Source: Eledone cirrhosa (Eukaryota). From it: a stretch of DNA of 64,000 bases. The translations under genes were made by a program, and so were the position numbers. The stretch is taken from positions 33,852,001 to 33,916,000 of the forward strand of contig OZ024749.1 in NCBI GenBank assembly GCA_964016885.1, written 5' to 3'. The notes below the pieces were generated by a model. It did no database searches. It saw only the letters and a list, made by a program, of their open reading frames with translations, and was not told the DNA's origin. This document shows, piece by piece, positions 41,377-55,654 of the stretch; the first letter of the stretch is position 1, and every line of letters begins with the position of its first letter.

Positions 41377-41465
41377 CGTGTGTGTGTATGTGTGTGTTTA
41401 TTCATTGGGTTCATAAAGATGAACCCAATGAATAAACACACACATACACACACACGCACATGTAT
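41161..41465. repeat. Alternating inverted concatemer A-(TA)n-A'-A-(TA)n-A'-A
   Basis: atgaacccaatgaataaacacac three times and its reverse complement twice. Confidence 0.9.
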
Positions 41466-41831
41466 ATATATATATAGATATAGATATACATACACACACA
41501 AAAGCGTGAACCTAATAAACTACCATTTGTACTGCCTCTCTGTTTTTTGTTCCTGTCTAATATTTAACTATATATATATATTATATATATATATATACTT
41601 ACATACATATATAAATGTGGGTGTATATATGTGTGTGGGTGTCTGTGTGGCAGAGAATTGGCAAAGTCGTTGGAAGGACAGATAGAATGATTTAGGATAT
41701 TCCTTCCAGTTCTCTGCATTCTGAGTTCAAATCCCGTCGAGATGAACTCGGCCTTTATTCTTTCCGAGCTGGATAAAAACGAACTAGTTCAATACATTTG
41801 CCCATTCTTTCTCACCCTCTCTTTCCTCGCC

Positions 41832-41886
<55 letters not shown>

Positions 41887-41893
41887 ACACACA

Positions 41894-41933
<40 letters not shown>

Positions 41934-42635
41934 GCACACACACACATACACCAACACATAAAGTATGTTAATATAGTAAATGTTTATACAAATCTGTCAG
42001 TTCGTAAAGATGCAATAAATATTTCAATTAACAAAGCTGTCTTTAGATATTCTCTGCTAAATCATTACATGATATTAGCAGTTAAGCCTTGTGTAGCCAG
42101 GCTATAGTTCAGCAAGCTCGCCTCCCTTAATCCTTTAACATTTACATTACTCTATATTTACTATTATATTTTCATGGTAAAGTCTTTATCTCACATAATA
42201 TCGAGCCTATGAGATTTTGATATTACTTATTTTGAGAACAATACCTTAACATCAGTATAAGTGGCCAGTCACAGTCAGTTTAAACAGAAAGAGGTGAGAG
42301 AATTATGGCTGGATACGACCGGTTTAAATGCTAAAGGGTTAATCCCCCAATACTCGCATCGTTCAAGATTGTATTCTGTCTACCTCCTATACAAACATTT
42401 CCAAATATTGCCTTAACTGGTGGCTTTCCTTTCTCAAAGCATCTAGATGGAATTTTGTAGGCTTATTATCTTTGTTAATATTACTCGAATTTCATCTTTT
42501 TCTGGTTTGAACTTAATCCAAATATCATGTATAAATATTTTTATTTATTTATTAAATTTAACCGTCCGTATAGAGCTGATAAACCATACTGGGTAAGGTA
42601 TCTAATACTTCTTATAATTAAGACGAATAAACAAG

Positions 42636-42691
<56 letters not shown>

Positions 42692-43027
42692 AGGAAAATA
42701 GGAGGAAAAATAAAATTAAATTAAAAAGAAATAAAATGCTATAATTCTCTCTGGTTGTATTATATACATATATGTGTGTGTGTATGTGTGTGTGTGTGTG
42801 TGTGTTTATATAGAAGAAGAAGAAGAAGAAGAAGAAGAAGAAGAAGAAGAAGAAGAAGAAGAAGAAGAAGAAGAAGAAGAAGAAGAAAACAACAACAACT
42901 ATTCATTGAAGAGGTCACAGAATGTGTGACGAACTAACCAATGACCAATAACTATTAATAAAGTCAAATAGTGTGTGTGCTTTATTGGCAACATTGACAA
43001 CATAACCATCCCAAATATAATAATAAT

Positions 43028-43208
43028 AATTGTTTCTAGTTTTGGCACAAGGCCAGCAATTACCCAGTGTATTACTGGTACATTATTTTATCGAATCCGT
43101 AAGGATGAAAGGCAAAGTTAACCTCGGCGGGATTTGAACTCAGATCATAAAGGGCCGTAACTCCTTGCTGCAAAGCATGGCGTCCGACCTTCTACCGATA
43201 CTGCCAAT
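43028..43208 (-). mobile_element. Major-family SINE
   Basis: Consensus match. Confidence 0.85.
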
Positions 43209-43887
43209 CATTGTAGCTCCTTGTAGCTCCCTCACACCTTTGAAGAAGAAAAAACCCGCTTTATTTATATATCGACTAATTCTTACATTTCCCCACCTTC
43301 TCCCTTTCCTTTTCACTCATGCCAATAAAGTCTTATTCTATACAATATCTACCCCTTAAATGTTGCCCTTATTCCTTTTTTTTCTAGTTTCCTTTCCCTT
43401 TTTTCCTTTTTCATCTGCATTTTCATTAAATTCCTTTATTGTTTCTTTATTCTTTGTCCCACCCAAGGGCCTTGTTTCAGGGGGGTATAAGGGGACAAGT
43501 CCCCCCCCCCCCACACACACTTTTTCAAACGTCTATATTTTATTTTTTGTTTATTTGATATAATAAATTCATAAATTCTTTAAAAGCTTATTTTGTTATA
43601 TCTGAACTTCATTTGAATATATAAAATTTAATTACCGTAAAATTTTAGTTATGTGATAGGGTCCGGGAAAGGAACCATAAGCAATTTATGTTCCTTTAAG
43701 AATCAACAAATGTTGGTTTGTCCCCTCACATTTTTAAGGCAAACGAGGCCCCTGGCCCCACTCATTTTTCTCTCGTGTTTTCCCCTCCATCAATTCACAA
43801 GCAATAAATATCGTGATTCATACATCGTAACGTGATATTAAATTCCTACTCCAGCTTTTATCTAGTTCATTGTATACATACATGTCT

Positions 43888-44085
43888 CTATTAACGGTGA
43901 CAAAGTCCAACAACTGATGCCGTTTGTTATGTTCTTTAACTTAGCGGTTCGACAAATATAATTTGATAAAGTAAGTACTAGACCATAATACAAGTAATTG
44001 TTTCGATATGACAAAACGAAAACCTTTCAATGCGATGCTCCAGCATGACTTTAGTCCAAAGACTAAAACCTGAAACCAGTAACAA
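43888..44085 (+). mobile_element. Diverged second SINE-like repeat
   Basis: gataaagtaagtactag core and gctccagcatg 3' block; the latter also appears inverted at 4911-4935 and 17530-17555. Confidence 0.45.
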
Positions 44086-44118
44086 AACTAAATGATATAT
44101 ATGATATCTATATACATA

Positions 44119-44172
<54 letters not shown>

Positions 44173-44391
44173 GTATATATAGTTTAATAAATGAACAGAG
44201 AACAAAAAACAGTGAGGCAGTACAACTGATATTGTTTTTAGTTTCACGCTTGAGAGTGGGGGTGGGGGAATATATATATATATATATATATATGGACTGG
44301 ACTTGATTTTTGCTCTTTAAACTCTTCTACTGGTGATCGAACTTTGTGAAGAGAAATATCTCATGTTGATGCGCAATCTAGCGTCAAAGTA

Positions 44392-44440
<49 letters not shown>

Positions 44441-44969
44441 CATTTCGCTAATATAGGGGTTCCCTCCCTTGCTGAATACCATGTGCGTTTTGGCTGTGGG
44501 TCCGTCCGTATTTTTGAACGGAAACTCGTTGAAAAAGCTTTTCCTCGTTCATCTCCTCACTAGAAGTCATATATATTTTTTATGTGGGCTGATAGTGATT
44601 TGATTAAGTAATTGCAGAAACCCCAAAAGCTAGAATTTAACATCCTTCTAGCGGGTCCGGGTGAGTTTTTTTACATTCATTTAATTTATTAATTTATTGA
44701 TATTTTATTTGGGTGACCCGAATCTTCCTGGTCGTTCTTTTTCGGCTGCACGGGTGATTTTAGGCATGATCTCTGTGTGTTGGTATTTTAACGATAGTTA
44801 TAGCTCTGGTTTATCCAAACTATTGAGCCCTCTGCCACACATGTCGGATATTGTTTATCGTGATTTCGTGGGCCGATATTCCGATTCTCGATCATTCTAC
44901 TATATATATATATAAATATATATATATATAAATACATATATATATAAATACATATATATATATATATAA

Positions 44970-45026
<57 letters not shown>

Positions 45027-45075
45027 TATATATATATAAATACATATATATATAAATACATATATATATATATAA

Positions 45076-45146
<71 letters not shown>

Positions 45147-45159
45147 GGGATACTATTTA

Positions 45160-45590
45160 TGGTTATGTATATATTATAACTTTTTATAGTTATGTATATT
45201 TTAAACCCTAAACAGTGAAGGTCAGTAATTTATTACTACCTTATTACCAGTAAGATAAATAGCTCAATGTAATAGCATCAATTGTTCTACAGAGCAATTA
45301 TATAGAATTCACAAGAATCAAAGCTATGTTCAAAGCATTTATTCACTTACAATTGTTTCATCCAAACCTAGGCTTGGAGTCTTCGGACCCTTTTTCAATG
45401 TTTGTACACATAATTAACCTCCTTTCCAACGTAAGAGACATACAGATACATATATATATATTGATGTACAGTGGAGTGGCATATACTATACTATACTATT
45501 TTTGTACAGCAATTCAAATTCAAAATCAAAATAAATTTGAATTGCTGTACAAAAATAGTATAGTATAATATATGCCACTCCACTGTACAT

Positions 45591-45632
<42 letters not shown>

Positions 45633-45885
45633 CTCTTGCGTTGGAAAGGAGGTCAATTATGTGTACAAACATTGAAAAAGGCTCCGAAGACTCCAAGCCT
45701 AGGTTTGGATGAAACAATTGTAAGTGAATAAATGTTTTGAACATAGCTTTGATTCTTGTGAATTCTATATAACTGCTCTGTAGAACAATTGATGCTATTA
45801 CATTGAGCTATTTATCTTACTGGTAATAAGGTAGTAATAAATTACTGACCTTCACTGTTTAGGGTTTAAAATATACATAACTATA
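45160..45885. repeat. Large palindrome (~350-bp arms) with two head-to-head HHR motifs
   Basis: + 45681-45725 gct-CCGAAGA-ctccaagc(ctag)gtttggat-GAAA-caattg-TA-agt; mirror 45345-45389; (TA)n on both flanks. Confidence 0.85.
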
Positions 45886-45894
45886 TTATATGTA

Positions 45895-46011
<117 letters not shown>

Positions 46012-46015
46012 ATAT

Positions 46016-46093
<78 letters not shown>

Positions 46094-46099
46094 ATATAT

Positions 46100-46191
<92 letters not shown>

Positions 46192-46564
46192 CCTTTCGCA
46201 GTAACAATACTCAATACATAAGTAGATAACATTTTAAAAGTACGACATTGTTTAAAAGTGTTCTAGTAATAACATTTTTTAAAAATATATGCATAAAGCA
46301 TATATACTGGCATGAGGTGCAAAAATGTGCAATGCATGTGCATTTAAATAACTAATTCAAATCAGTGAGGTGATTATTATTTTTTTATTTTTTTTGCACT
46401 TGCACAAAAATTGATATTTTATATATATACATATATACACCGTGAGAGTGTGTGCACATCTTATATATATATATATATGTTTGATAACATTGAGCTACCT
46501 CTTGTACTGTCATTTCTCTAATGCGATGAGTGTGTTTGACTCTAATGCACTCAAGTGTTTTTAT

Positions 46565-46659
<95 letters not shown>

Positions 46660-47139
46660 GTGTGTGTGTATATATGTGTGTTTGTGTTCGTGTGTGTTTC
46701 TGTGTGTTTCCGTGTGTGCGTATTATATAATGCCACAATGAAGGAGACAGTTCAGCTAAAAGTCAGGAGATATGGTTTCACAAAATAAAAGTAACTTTTA
46801 AAAATTCATTATCAGCCGGCTTTGTAATACTATTCATTCAAAAATTTCTTTTCTATAATTTCATTATCTCCCTGTTTTTTATAATATGTTTTATAATTTT
46901 ATTTACCAATTCCTTTATCATATGTATTCACATATTTTAATCTATGTTAGCTTTCTTTATATTCGAATTATTTTATTCTATTATAAATGGCGACGTGTTC
47001 TTTACTTCATTTTCCCGTTAACTATTTGCTTCGAATTATTAAAAAAATATATATATTTTAATCATTTTTCTTTCGAACATTCGAATTAAATTTTTCATTC
47101 TTTATTTCACGTTGTTGTTCTCTATCACTGTGAGAGTTT

Positions 47140-48380
47140 GTTAAGGTTTGTTAAGGTGCGGTTTCAATCCTCAGTTAGGGTGTGTTTTTACTGTTCAACT
47201 AAGGTGTCGTTTCATTATTCAGTTAAGGTATGGCTTCATTATTCAGATTAGCAGTATCGGTAGAACGGCGGACAACATGCTTTACAGCGTAGAGTTACGG
47301 CCCTTTATGGTCTGAGTTCAAATCCCGCTGAGATTAACTTTGTCTTTCATCCTTTCAGGGTCGATAAAATAAAGTACCAGTAATACACTAGGGTAATTGC
47401 TAGCCTTGTGCCAAAAGTAGAAACAATTATTCAGCTATGGCATGGCTTCATTGCTCAGTTAAGGTCTGGCTTCATTATTCAGTAATGGTGTGGTTTCACT
47501 GCTCAGTTAAGGGGGGACTTCATTGCTCAGTTAAGTTGTGGTTTAACTGCTCAGTTAAGGGGAGACTTCATTGCTCAGTTAAGTTGTGGTTTAACTGCTC
47601 AGTTAAGGGGCGACTTCATTGCTCGGTTAAGTTGTGGTTTAACTGCTCAGTTAAGGGGCGATTTCATTGCTCAGTTAAGTTGTGGTTTAACTGCTCAGTT
47701 AAGGGGGGACTTCATTGCTCAGTTAAGTTGTGGTTTAACTGCTCAGTTAAGGGGCGACTTCATTGCTCAGTTAAGTTGTGGTTTAACTGCTCAGTTAAGG
47801 GGCGACTTCATTGCTCAGTTAAGTTGTGGTTTAACTGCTCAGTTAAGGAGGGACTTCATTGCTCAGTTAAGTTGTGGTTTAACTGCTCAGTTAAGGGGGG
47901 ACTTCATTGCTCAGTTAAGGTGTGGTTTCATTGCTCAGTTAAGGGGCGACTTCATTGCTCAGTTAAGTTGTGGTTTAACTGCTCAGTTAAGGGGCGACTT
48001 CATTGCTCAGTTAAGTTGTGGTTTAACTGCTCAGTTAAGGGGCGACTTCATTGCTCAGTTAAGTTGTGGTTTAACTGCTCAGTTAAGGGGCGACTTCATT
48101 GTTCAGTTAAGTTGTGGTTTAACTGCTCAGTTAAGGGGCGACTTCATTGCTCAGTTAAGTTGTGGTTTAACTGCTCAGTTAAGGGGCGACTTCATTGCTC
48201 AGTTAAGTTGTGGTTTAACTGCTCAGTTAAGGAGCGACTTCATTGCTCAGTTAAGGTGCTGCTTCATTGCTCAGTTAAGGTGTGGTTCCATTGCTCTGTT
48301 AAGGCTTGGTTTCAATACTTAGTTATCGTGTGGCTTTATTGTTCAACTAATGTGTCGTTTCACTGCTCAATTAATGTGCT
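47140..48380. repeat. 24-bp minisatellite (48-bp higher-order dimer) with internal palindrome
   Basis: cttcattgctcagttaagttgtgg-tttaactgctcagttaaggggcga; ttaactg-ct-cagttaa hairpin. Confidence 0.95.
47247..47428 (+). mobile_element. Major-family SINE inserted in the minisatellite
   Basis: Consensus match; probable TSD attattcag. Confidence 0.8.
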
Positions 48381-48755
48381 TTCCATTTTCATTTCAATAT
48401 TGACGTAGCTGGTATGACATTATATCAACCCAATCCAGCGGAACACTGGTCGTTAACCAACTAACCCTGTAACCAGTCAATGTTTTGGCTCTGAGATCGA
48501 TCCTAGTACGTGGCAGTTTGTGCAATTATTTTTTTATAATAGCCTCGGATTTATCAAAGTCTTATGAGTAAAATTGGGTAGATGGTAGTCTGTAGAATGA
48601 ATTGTACCCGTAATTACATAGATCCCGCCTTGTTACATATTCTGTCCCACTGAGTCGGCTTGCGAATTATGTAAAGCGTACATGTGTGTGTGTGTGCGTA
48701 TATATATATATATATATATAATGTGTGTGTGTGTGTGTATGTGTATATAAATATA

Positions 48756-48842
48756 TATCTGAGGAGCTTGCGAATCCAGAGTCAGGTTCGATCCGCAAAC
48801 AGATCGCACCTCGAGCTGTTCGCCGGAGAAACAATTGTAATA
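48756..48842 (+). ncRNA. Type I HHR motif
   Basis: tat-CTGAGGA-gcttgcgaat...gttcgccgga-GAAA-caattg-TA-ata, starting at the edge of (TA)n. Confidence 0.7.
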
Positions 48843-48898
48843 CGTAATAAATTGTGTTCCGATGCATCACTGATTCTTCGTTTTCCATATTAGTCCAA

Positions 48899-49035
48899 TC
48901 GTTTCTACTTTTGGCACAAGGCCAGCAATTACCCAGTGCATTACCTGTACTCTATGTTATCGACCCCCGTAAGGATGAAAGGCAAAGTTAACATCGGCGG
49001 GATTTGAACTCAGAATGGCAAGGCCCGTAACTCTA
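48899..49035 (-). mobile_element. Major-family SINE, 5'-truncated
   Basis: Tail, core and B box. Confidence 0.8.
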
Positions 49036-49060
49036 TATATAATGTGTGTGTGGTTCACCA

Positions 49061-49200
49061 TTTCTTCTTCGCCCACTTATTCCTGAGGGGTCGGAGAGAC
49101 AGAGTCCTAAAACACTCCTTCCAGCGGGTTCTGTCAGAAGCAACCGTCCCCAACTGATCCGGCTAGATCTCCAAGCGTGACCAGCCAAGCTCATGGATGT
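49061..49200 (-). mobile_element. RTE 3' fragment
   Basis: NIHELGWSRLEI...; homologous to 13288-13425. Confidence 0.8.
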
Positions 49201-49338
49201 TGTGGATGTTGCTATAGTTGTTGTTGTGGTTGTTGTTTCTGTTGTCCCTGTTGTCTTCGTTACAACTGTTGTTGTTACTGTTTTTATTGTTGTTATTGTT
49301 GCTGTTGTTGTTGTTGCTGTTGCCGTTGTTGCTGTTGC

Positions 49339-49371
<33 letters not shown>

Positions 49372-50359
49372 AGTTGCTGTTGCTGTTGTTGTTGTAGTTG
49401 TTGCTGTTGTTGTTGTTGTTGTTGTTGCTGTTGCTGCTGTTGCTGTTGTTGTTGTTGTTGTAGTTGTTGCTGTTGTTGTTGTTGCTGTTGTTGTTGCTGT
49501 TGTTGTTGCTATTGTTGTTGTTGTTGTTGTTGTAGTTGCTGTTGCTGTTGTTGTTGCTGTAGTTGTTGCTGTTGTTGTTGTTATTGTTATTGTTGTTGTT
49601 GTTGTTGCTGTTGTTGTTGTTGCTGTTGTTGTTGCTGTTGCTGCTGTTGCTATTGTTGTTGTTGTTGTTGTTGTTGTTGTAGTTGTTGCTGTTGTTGTTG
49701 CTGTTTTTGTAGTTGCTGTTGCTATTGCTGTTGCTGCAGTTGTTGCTGTTGTTGTTGTTGCTGTTGTTGTTGCTGTTGCTGTTGTTACTGTTGTTGTTGT
49801 ATTGTTGTAGTTGTTGCTGTTGTTGTTGTTGTTGCTGTTGTTGTATTGTTGTAGTTGTTGCTGTTGTTGTTGTTGCTGTTGCTGTTGCTGTTGTTGCTGT
49901 TGTTGCTGTTGTTGTTGCTGTTGCTGTTATTGTTGTTGCTGTTATTGTTGTTGCTGTTATTGTTGTTATTGTTGTTGCTGTTGTTGCTGTTGCTGTTTTT
50001 GTTGTTGTAGTTGTTGCTGTTGTAGTTGTTGCTGTTGTTGTCGCTGTTGCTGTTGTTGCTATTGTTGTAGTTGTTGCTGTTGTTGTTGTTGCTGTTGTTG
50101 TTGCTGTTGCTGTTGCTGTTGTTGCTGCTGTTGTTGTTGTTGTTGTAGTTGTTGCTGTTGTTGTTGTTGTTGTTGCCGTTGCTGTTGTTGTTGCTGTTGC
50201 TGTTGTTGTTGTTGCTGTTGCTGTTGTAGTTGCTGTTGCTGTTGTTGTTGCTGCTGTTGTTGTTGTAGTTGTTGTTGCTGATGTTGTAGTTGTTGCTGTT
50301 ATTGTTGTTGCTGTTATTGTTGTTGTTGCTGCTGTTGTTGTTGTGGCTGTTGCTGTTGC

Positions 50360-50392
<33 letters not shown>

Positions 50393-50416
50393 TGCTGTTG
50401 TTGTTGCTGTTGCTGT

Positions 50417-50448
<32 letters not shown>

Positions 50449-51265
50449 TTGCTGTTGTTGTTGCTGTTTTACTCGTTTCACCTGTTTCCACAATTCATAA
50501 ACTCCATTATCCGAATAGCATCTCATTTCCTTTCGATAATTTCATTTAATTAATGTTGTCAGGATATCGCTGCTGCTGATGCTGCTGCAGTTGTTGTTGT
50601 TGTTGTTTATGATGCTGGTGAGGTGGTGGTGGTGGTGGTGGTGGTAGTCATTATGATGTAGTCGTCGACAACGTTGTTGCTGTTGTTGATGTTGCTGCTG
50701 TTGGTACTGTTGTTGTTGTTGTTGTTGTTGTTGTTGTCGTTGTTACTCTAGTTGTTGCTGATCTTGGTGATGGTGATGGTGGTGATGTTGGTGGTGGTGA
50801 TGGTGGTGCTGGTGGTGAAGGGAGTGTGAGAGTGGTGATGGTGGTGGCGGTGAGGCTGGTGTGGTGGTGGTGGTGGCGGCGGCGGTAGTGAGGGTGGTGA
50901 TGGGGCTGGCGGTGGTGGTGGTGGTGATGATGGTGGTGGTGATGGTGGTGAAGGGAGTGTGACGGTGGTGATGGTGGTGGTGATGGTGGTGAAGGGAGTG
51001 TGAGAGTGGTGATGGTGGTGGTCGTGGTAGTGAGGGTGGTGATGGGGCTGGCGGTGCTGGTGGTGATGGTGGTGATGCGTGTGGTGGTGATGGTGGTGAA
51101 GGGAGTGTGATGGTGGTGATGGTGGTGGTGATGGTGGTGAAGAAGTGTGATGGTGGTGAAGGAGTGTGATGGTGATGGTGGTGGTGGTGGTGATGGTGAA
51201 GCTGATGTGGTGATGGTGGTGTGGTAGTGAGGGTGGTCATGGAGCTGGTGGTTAGGGTGGTGCTG
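49200..51265. repeat. (GTT/GCT)n and (GGT/GAT)n compound trinucleotide tracts
   Basis: Direct reading. Confidence 0.95.
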
Positions 51266-51349
51266 TTAATTTTAGCAAAGATATATATATATGTATGTGT
51301 GTTTGTGTGTGTGTATTTTGAAAATCTGTGTGTGTGTGTGTAACAAAGA

Positions 51350-51538
51350 GGGTGTGGTACCAGGTGGACCATAAAGCACCAGAGTACTCAATACTTATGG
51401 TAGTAGAGTGGGTAATAGGAAAAGAATCAGGACCCCGACGGCTGAGCTCCGGCCGTTTCGACAGCTAGATCCGAATAGTTCGGATCTAGCTGTCGAAACG
51501 GCCGGAGCTCAGCCGTCGGGGTCCTCACTCTTTTCCTA
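51350..51538. mobile_element. Family A variant palindrome, apex ~51477
   Basis: gtttcgacagctagatccgaa-tag-ttcggatctagctgtcgaaac. Confidence 0.8.
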
Positions 51539-51543
51539 TATAT

Positions 51544-51592
<49 letters not shown>

Positions 51593-51593
51593 A

Positions 51594-51624
<31 letters not shown>

Positions 51625-51731
51625 AATATATATTCTTTTCTTTGTTTTTGTGCCTCTCCTTTGTTCTGTCCTACGCCATTTTCATAGGACAGAACAAAGG
51701 AGAGGCACAAAAACAAAGAAAAGAATCCCCA

Positions 51732-51774
51732 GTCACTGAAGAGGTGACAGAATGTGTGACGAAAGAACTTTGAC
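51732..51774 (+). ncRNA. HHR-like motif
   Basis: gtca-CTGAAGA-ggtgaca(gaatg)tgtgac-GAAA-gaac-TT-tgac; relatives at 59790 and ~42905. Confidence 0.65.
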
Positions 51775-51990
51775 AATATATAAACAACTATCGGGTTGTG
51801 GAACCAACCAACCAACCAGAAATTTATAAATTCCTAAATTTATAAATTTATTATAATAAATTGAAGTGAAAGCAACTGGTGCGTGTGTTTCTTATTGGCA
51901 ACATGACCCTCCCAAAGTATAACAATATCGGTTTCAACACACGTTTTCAGATAAAGAATCTTGCTAAACAAATTCAGATGCGAAATATAA

Positions 51991-52073
<83 letters not shown>

Positions 52074-52411
52074 TATAAATATATATATATATATACAAAT
52101 GAATATATGATAGGGATAAACACTGATGTATACATGTGTTTGCATTGCAAATGACCAAGTTAGCTAGATTGAAAAATACTAATTAAAATAATACGGTTTG
52201 CCTGTCTCGATTTAAAATAATAAATCAATAAAAACAAACCTATATTGGCAATAGCCGTGATACCTGGACAAATTTTTAATTTGTTTCGCAACAATTAAGT
52301 GAAATTTCCTATTCCTGTGCTCTTCTGCAGGTATCCAGAAATTGGTAAGTTTCACTTCAAAATACTTAAGAAGACTATTTAATTGTAAAAGACTATTTGA
52401 GTTTATAACTC

Positions 52412-52578
<167 letters not shown>

Positions 52579-53529
52579 CGTGTGTGTGTGTATGTATGTA
52601 TGCATGTATAAATAAATATATATGTAGATTGCAATAAAACCTGGTCAGAAATAATATTAAGCATTTGTAGCAACTTTTATATATAGAGAGAGAAAGAGAG
52701 ACAGAGAAAGACAGAGAGAGACAGAGAGTGTGGGAGAGAGAGAGAGAGAGAGTAACATTATAGATCTCGTGTCATCATGTGTCATACACAGTCAAATGAT
52801 TGACATAGTACTATATAATAACACTATAGTACAACTAATTTACTAGTTTCCCCAATAGCAAATGTATTGATTAAATTTTACTTCATGGATAGTAAATGAA
52901 TGTTTGACCTTCTCATTATATGTGGTTTGTGTGTGTGTGTGAGAGTGAGAGAGTGTGTGGTAGTATGTGTGTGTGTGTGAGAGAGACCGAGAGTATGTGG
53001 CAGTATGTGTGTGTGTGAGAGAGTGTGTGGTAGTATATGTGTGTGTGAGACAGAGAGGGAGAGAGAGTGTGTGGTAGTATGTGTGTGTGTGAGAGAGTGT
53101 GTGGTAGTATGTGTGTGTGAGAGAGAGAGGGAGAGAGAGTGTGTGGTAGTATGTGTGTGTGTGAGAGAGTGTGTGGTAGTATGTGTGTAGATGAGAGAGA
53201 GGGGGGAGTATGTGGTAGTACATGTGTGTGTGTGAGAGAGTGTGTGGTAGTATGTGTGTGTGTGTGAGAGAGAGGGGGAGGGATTATTTAGTAGTACGTG
53301 TGTGTGAGAGAGAGTGTGTGGTAGTGTATGTGTGTGTGTGTGTAGTAGTATGTGTGTGTGTGAGAAAGAGTGTGTGAAGGGGGGAGTGTGTGTGGTAGTA
53401 TGTGTACACATGCATGAGTATATGTGTAACTGCGTGTGAGTGTATATTTATATATGCGTGTGTAAGACTAGAAATCAATATTTTTATTTCAAATAAAAAC
53501 GAACTAAAAACGCATTAACACACACACAG

Positions 53530-53545
53530 TAACAACAACAACAAC

Positions 53546-53605
<60 letters not shown>

Positions 53606-54366
53606 TGGATTAGTAGTAGTAGTAGTAGTAGTAGTAGTGATTGAAATCGTAGTGGTGGTGGTGGTGGTGATGATGATGATGGTGGTGACGATGATGATGA
53701 TGATGATGGTGACGATGACGATGATGATGATGGTGGTGACGATGACGATGATGATGGTGGTGATAATGATGACGATGATGATGGTGGTAATAATGATGAC
53801 GATGATGATGGTGGTGATGATGATGAATTAGCAAATAGCAAGGTAAAAAAAAACATAAACCAACACAAAAAAAAACATCAAACGACAAAAAAGAAAGGAA
53901 TATAGTTAACAAATAAAAGATGAAAAACGACTGACAGCAACAACATAACTGTCAACAACAACAACAACAACAACAGCTTCAACAACAACAACAACAACAA
54001 CAGCAACACTAAGAAAAACAACATCGGCAAGAAGAACAACAACCACAGGTTCAACATTATCAACAACACCATCTTCAACAGCTTCAGCAACATCAGCAAC
54101 GACGAGCCCAACAACAACAACAACAACAATAACACCAACAACAACAACGGCAACAACAGCCTCATCTTTAGCATCAACAACAGCAACAACAGCTTCAACA
54201 ACAACATGAACAACAACAAAAACAACAACAAAAACAACAACAACAACAACAACAACAACAGCAACAACAATGCCAACGCCAACAACAGCAACAACAATAA
54301 CGCCAACGCCAACAACAGCAACAACAACAACAACAACAGCAACAACGCCAACGCCAACACCAACGC

Positions 54367-54398
<32 letters not shown>

Positions 54399-55490
54399 AC
54401 AACAAAAACAACAACAACAACAGCAACAACCGCAGCAGCAGCAACAACAACAACAACAGCAACAACAACAACAATGCCAACAGCAACAACAACAGCAGCA
54501 GCAACAGCAACAACAACAAAAACAACAACAACAACCGCCAGCAACAACAACAACGCCAACGCCAACAACAACAACAACAGCAACAGCAATAACGCCAACG
54601 CCAACAACAGCAACAACAACACCGCCAACAACAACAACACCGCCAACAACAACAACAACAACGCCAACAACAACAACAACAATATCAACAACAGAAATCT
54701 ATTAAAGTTAAAATAAAATAAAAGCCGCAGCCAACAACCGCAGTTTCAACTAGGATTAGGAATTATTTAGGAGTTGTTTTCCAAGGAAGATCTTCTTTCC
54801 TAATGGAATTATAAAAAAAAAACCCAATTTCCTGCACTCTAATGACTCACATACAGATAAAGTAACTAATAATAACAACAACAACAATAATAATTATTAT
54901 TATTATTAGTATTATTATGATGATGGTGGTGGTGGTGGTGGTGGTGGTGGTGGTGGTGGTGGTGGTGGTGAGATGGTGATGATGGTGGTGGTGGTGGTGG
55001 TGATGGTGGTGGTGGTGATGATGGTGATGGTGGTGGTGATTGGTGGTGATGATGATGGTGGTGGTGGTGATGGTGGTGATGATGGTGGTGGTGGTGGTGA
55101 TGGTGAGGATGATGGTGATGATGTTGGTAGTGGTGGTGGTGGTGGTGGTGATGATGATGGTGGTGGTGATGATGGTGATGGTGATGATGGTGCTCATGGT
55201 GGTGGTGGTGGTGGTGGTGGTGGTGAGGATGATGGTAATGATGGTGATGGTGATGATGGTGATGGTGATGGTGATTATGGTCATGATGATGGTGATGATG
55301 GTGATGATGATGGTGACGTTGGTGAGGATAGTGATGATGATGATGGTGATGATGATGGTGATGGCGGTGGTGGTGATGATGGTGATGGTGATGGCGGTGG
55401 TGGTGATGATGATGATGGTGATGGTGATGATGGTGATGGTGATGATGATGGTAATGGTGATGGTGATGATGATGATGATGATGATGGTGA
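53530..55490. repeat. Compound trinucleotide tracts (AGT, GAT/GGT, AAC/AGC)
   Basis: Direct reading. Confidence 0.9.
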
Positions 55491-55654
55491 GAGCAATAAT
55501 AAAATAATGATTAATCAAATTTAAAAAATTAGAAGAAATATATGATCATTTCTAATTTAGGCAAAAAGCCAATAATTTTGGAGGAGGAGGGAAGTTTCGA
55601 CCCCAGTATATGGCTGGTATCTTATTTTATCGACCTATTAACCACCGTTCTAAT

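Noticed and set aside
49163-50553. Long poly-T/Q/N/V/C ORFs (also 14815-16027 and 53878-55524)
   Set aside because: Trinucleotide expansions open in several frames on both strands, with no domain or splice support
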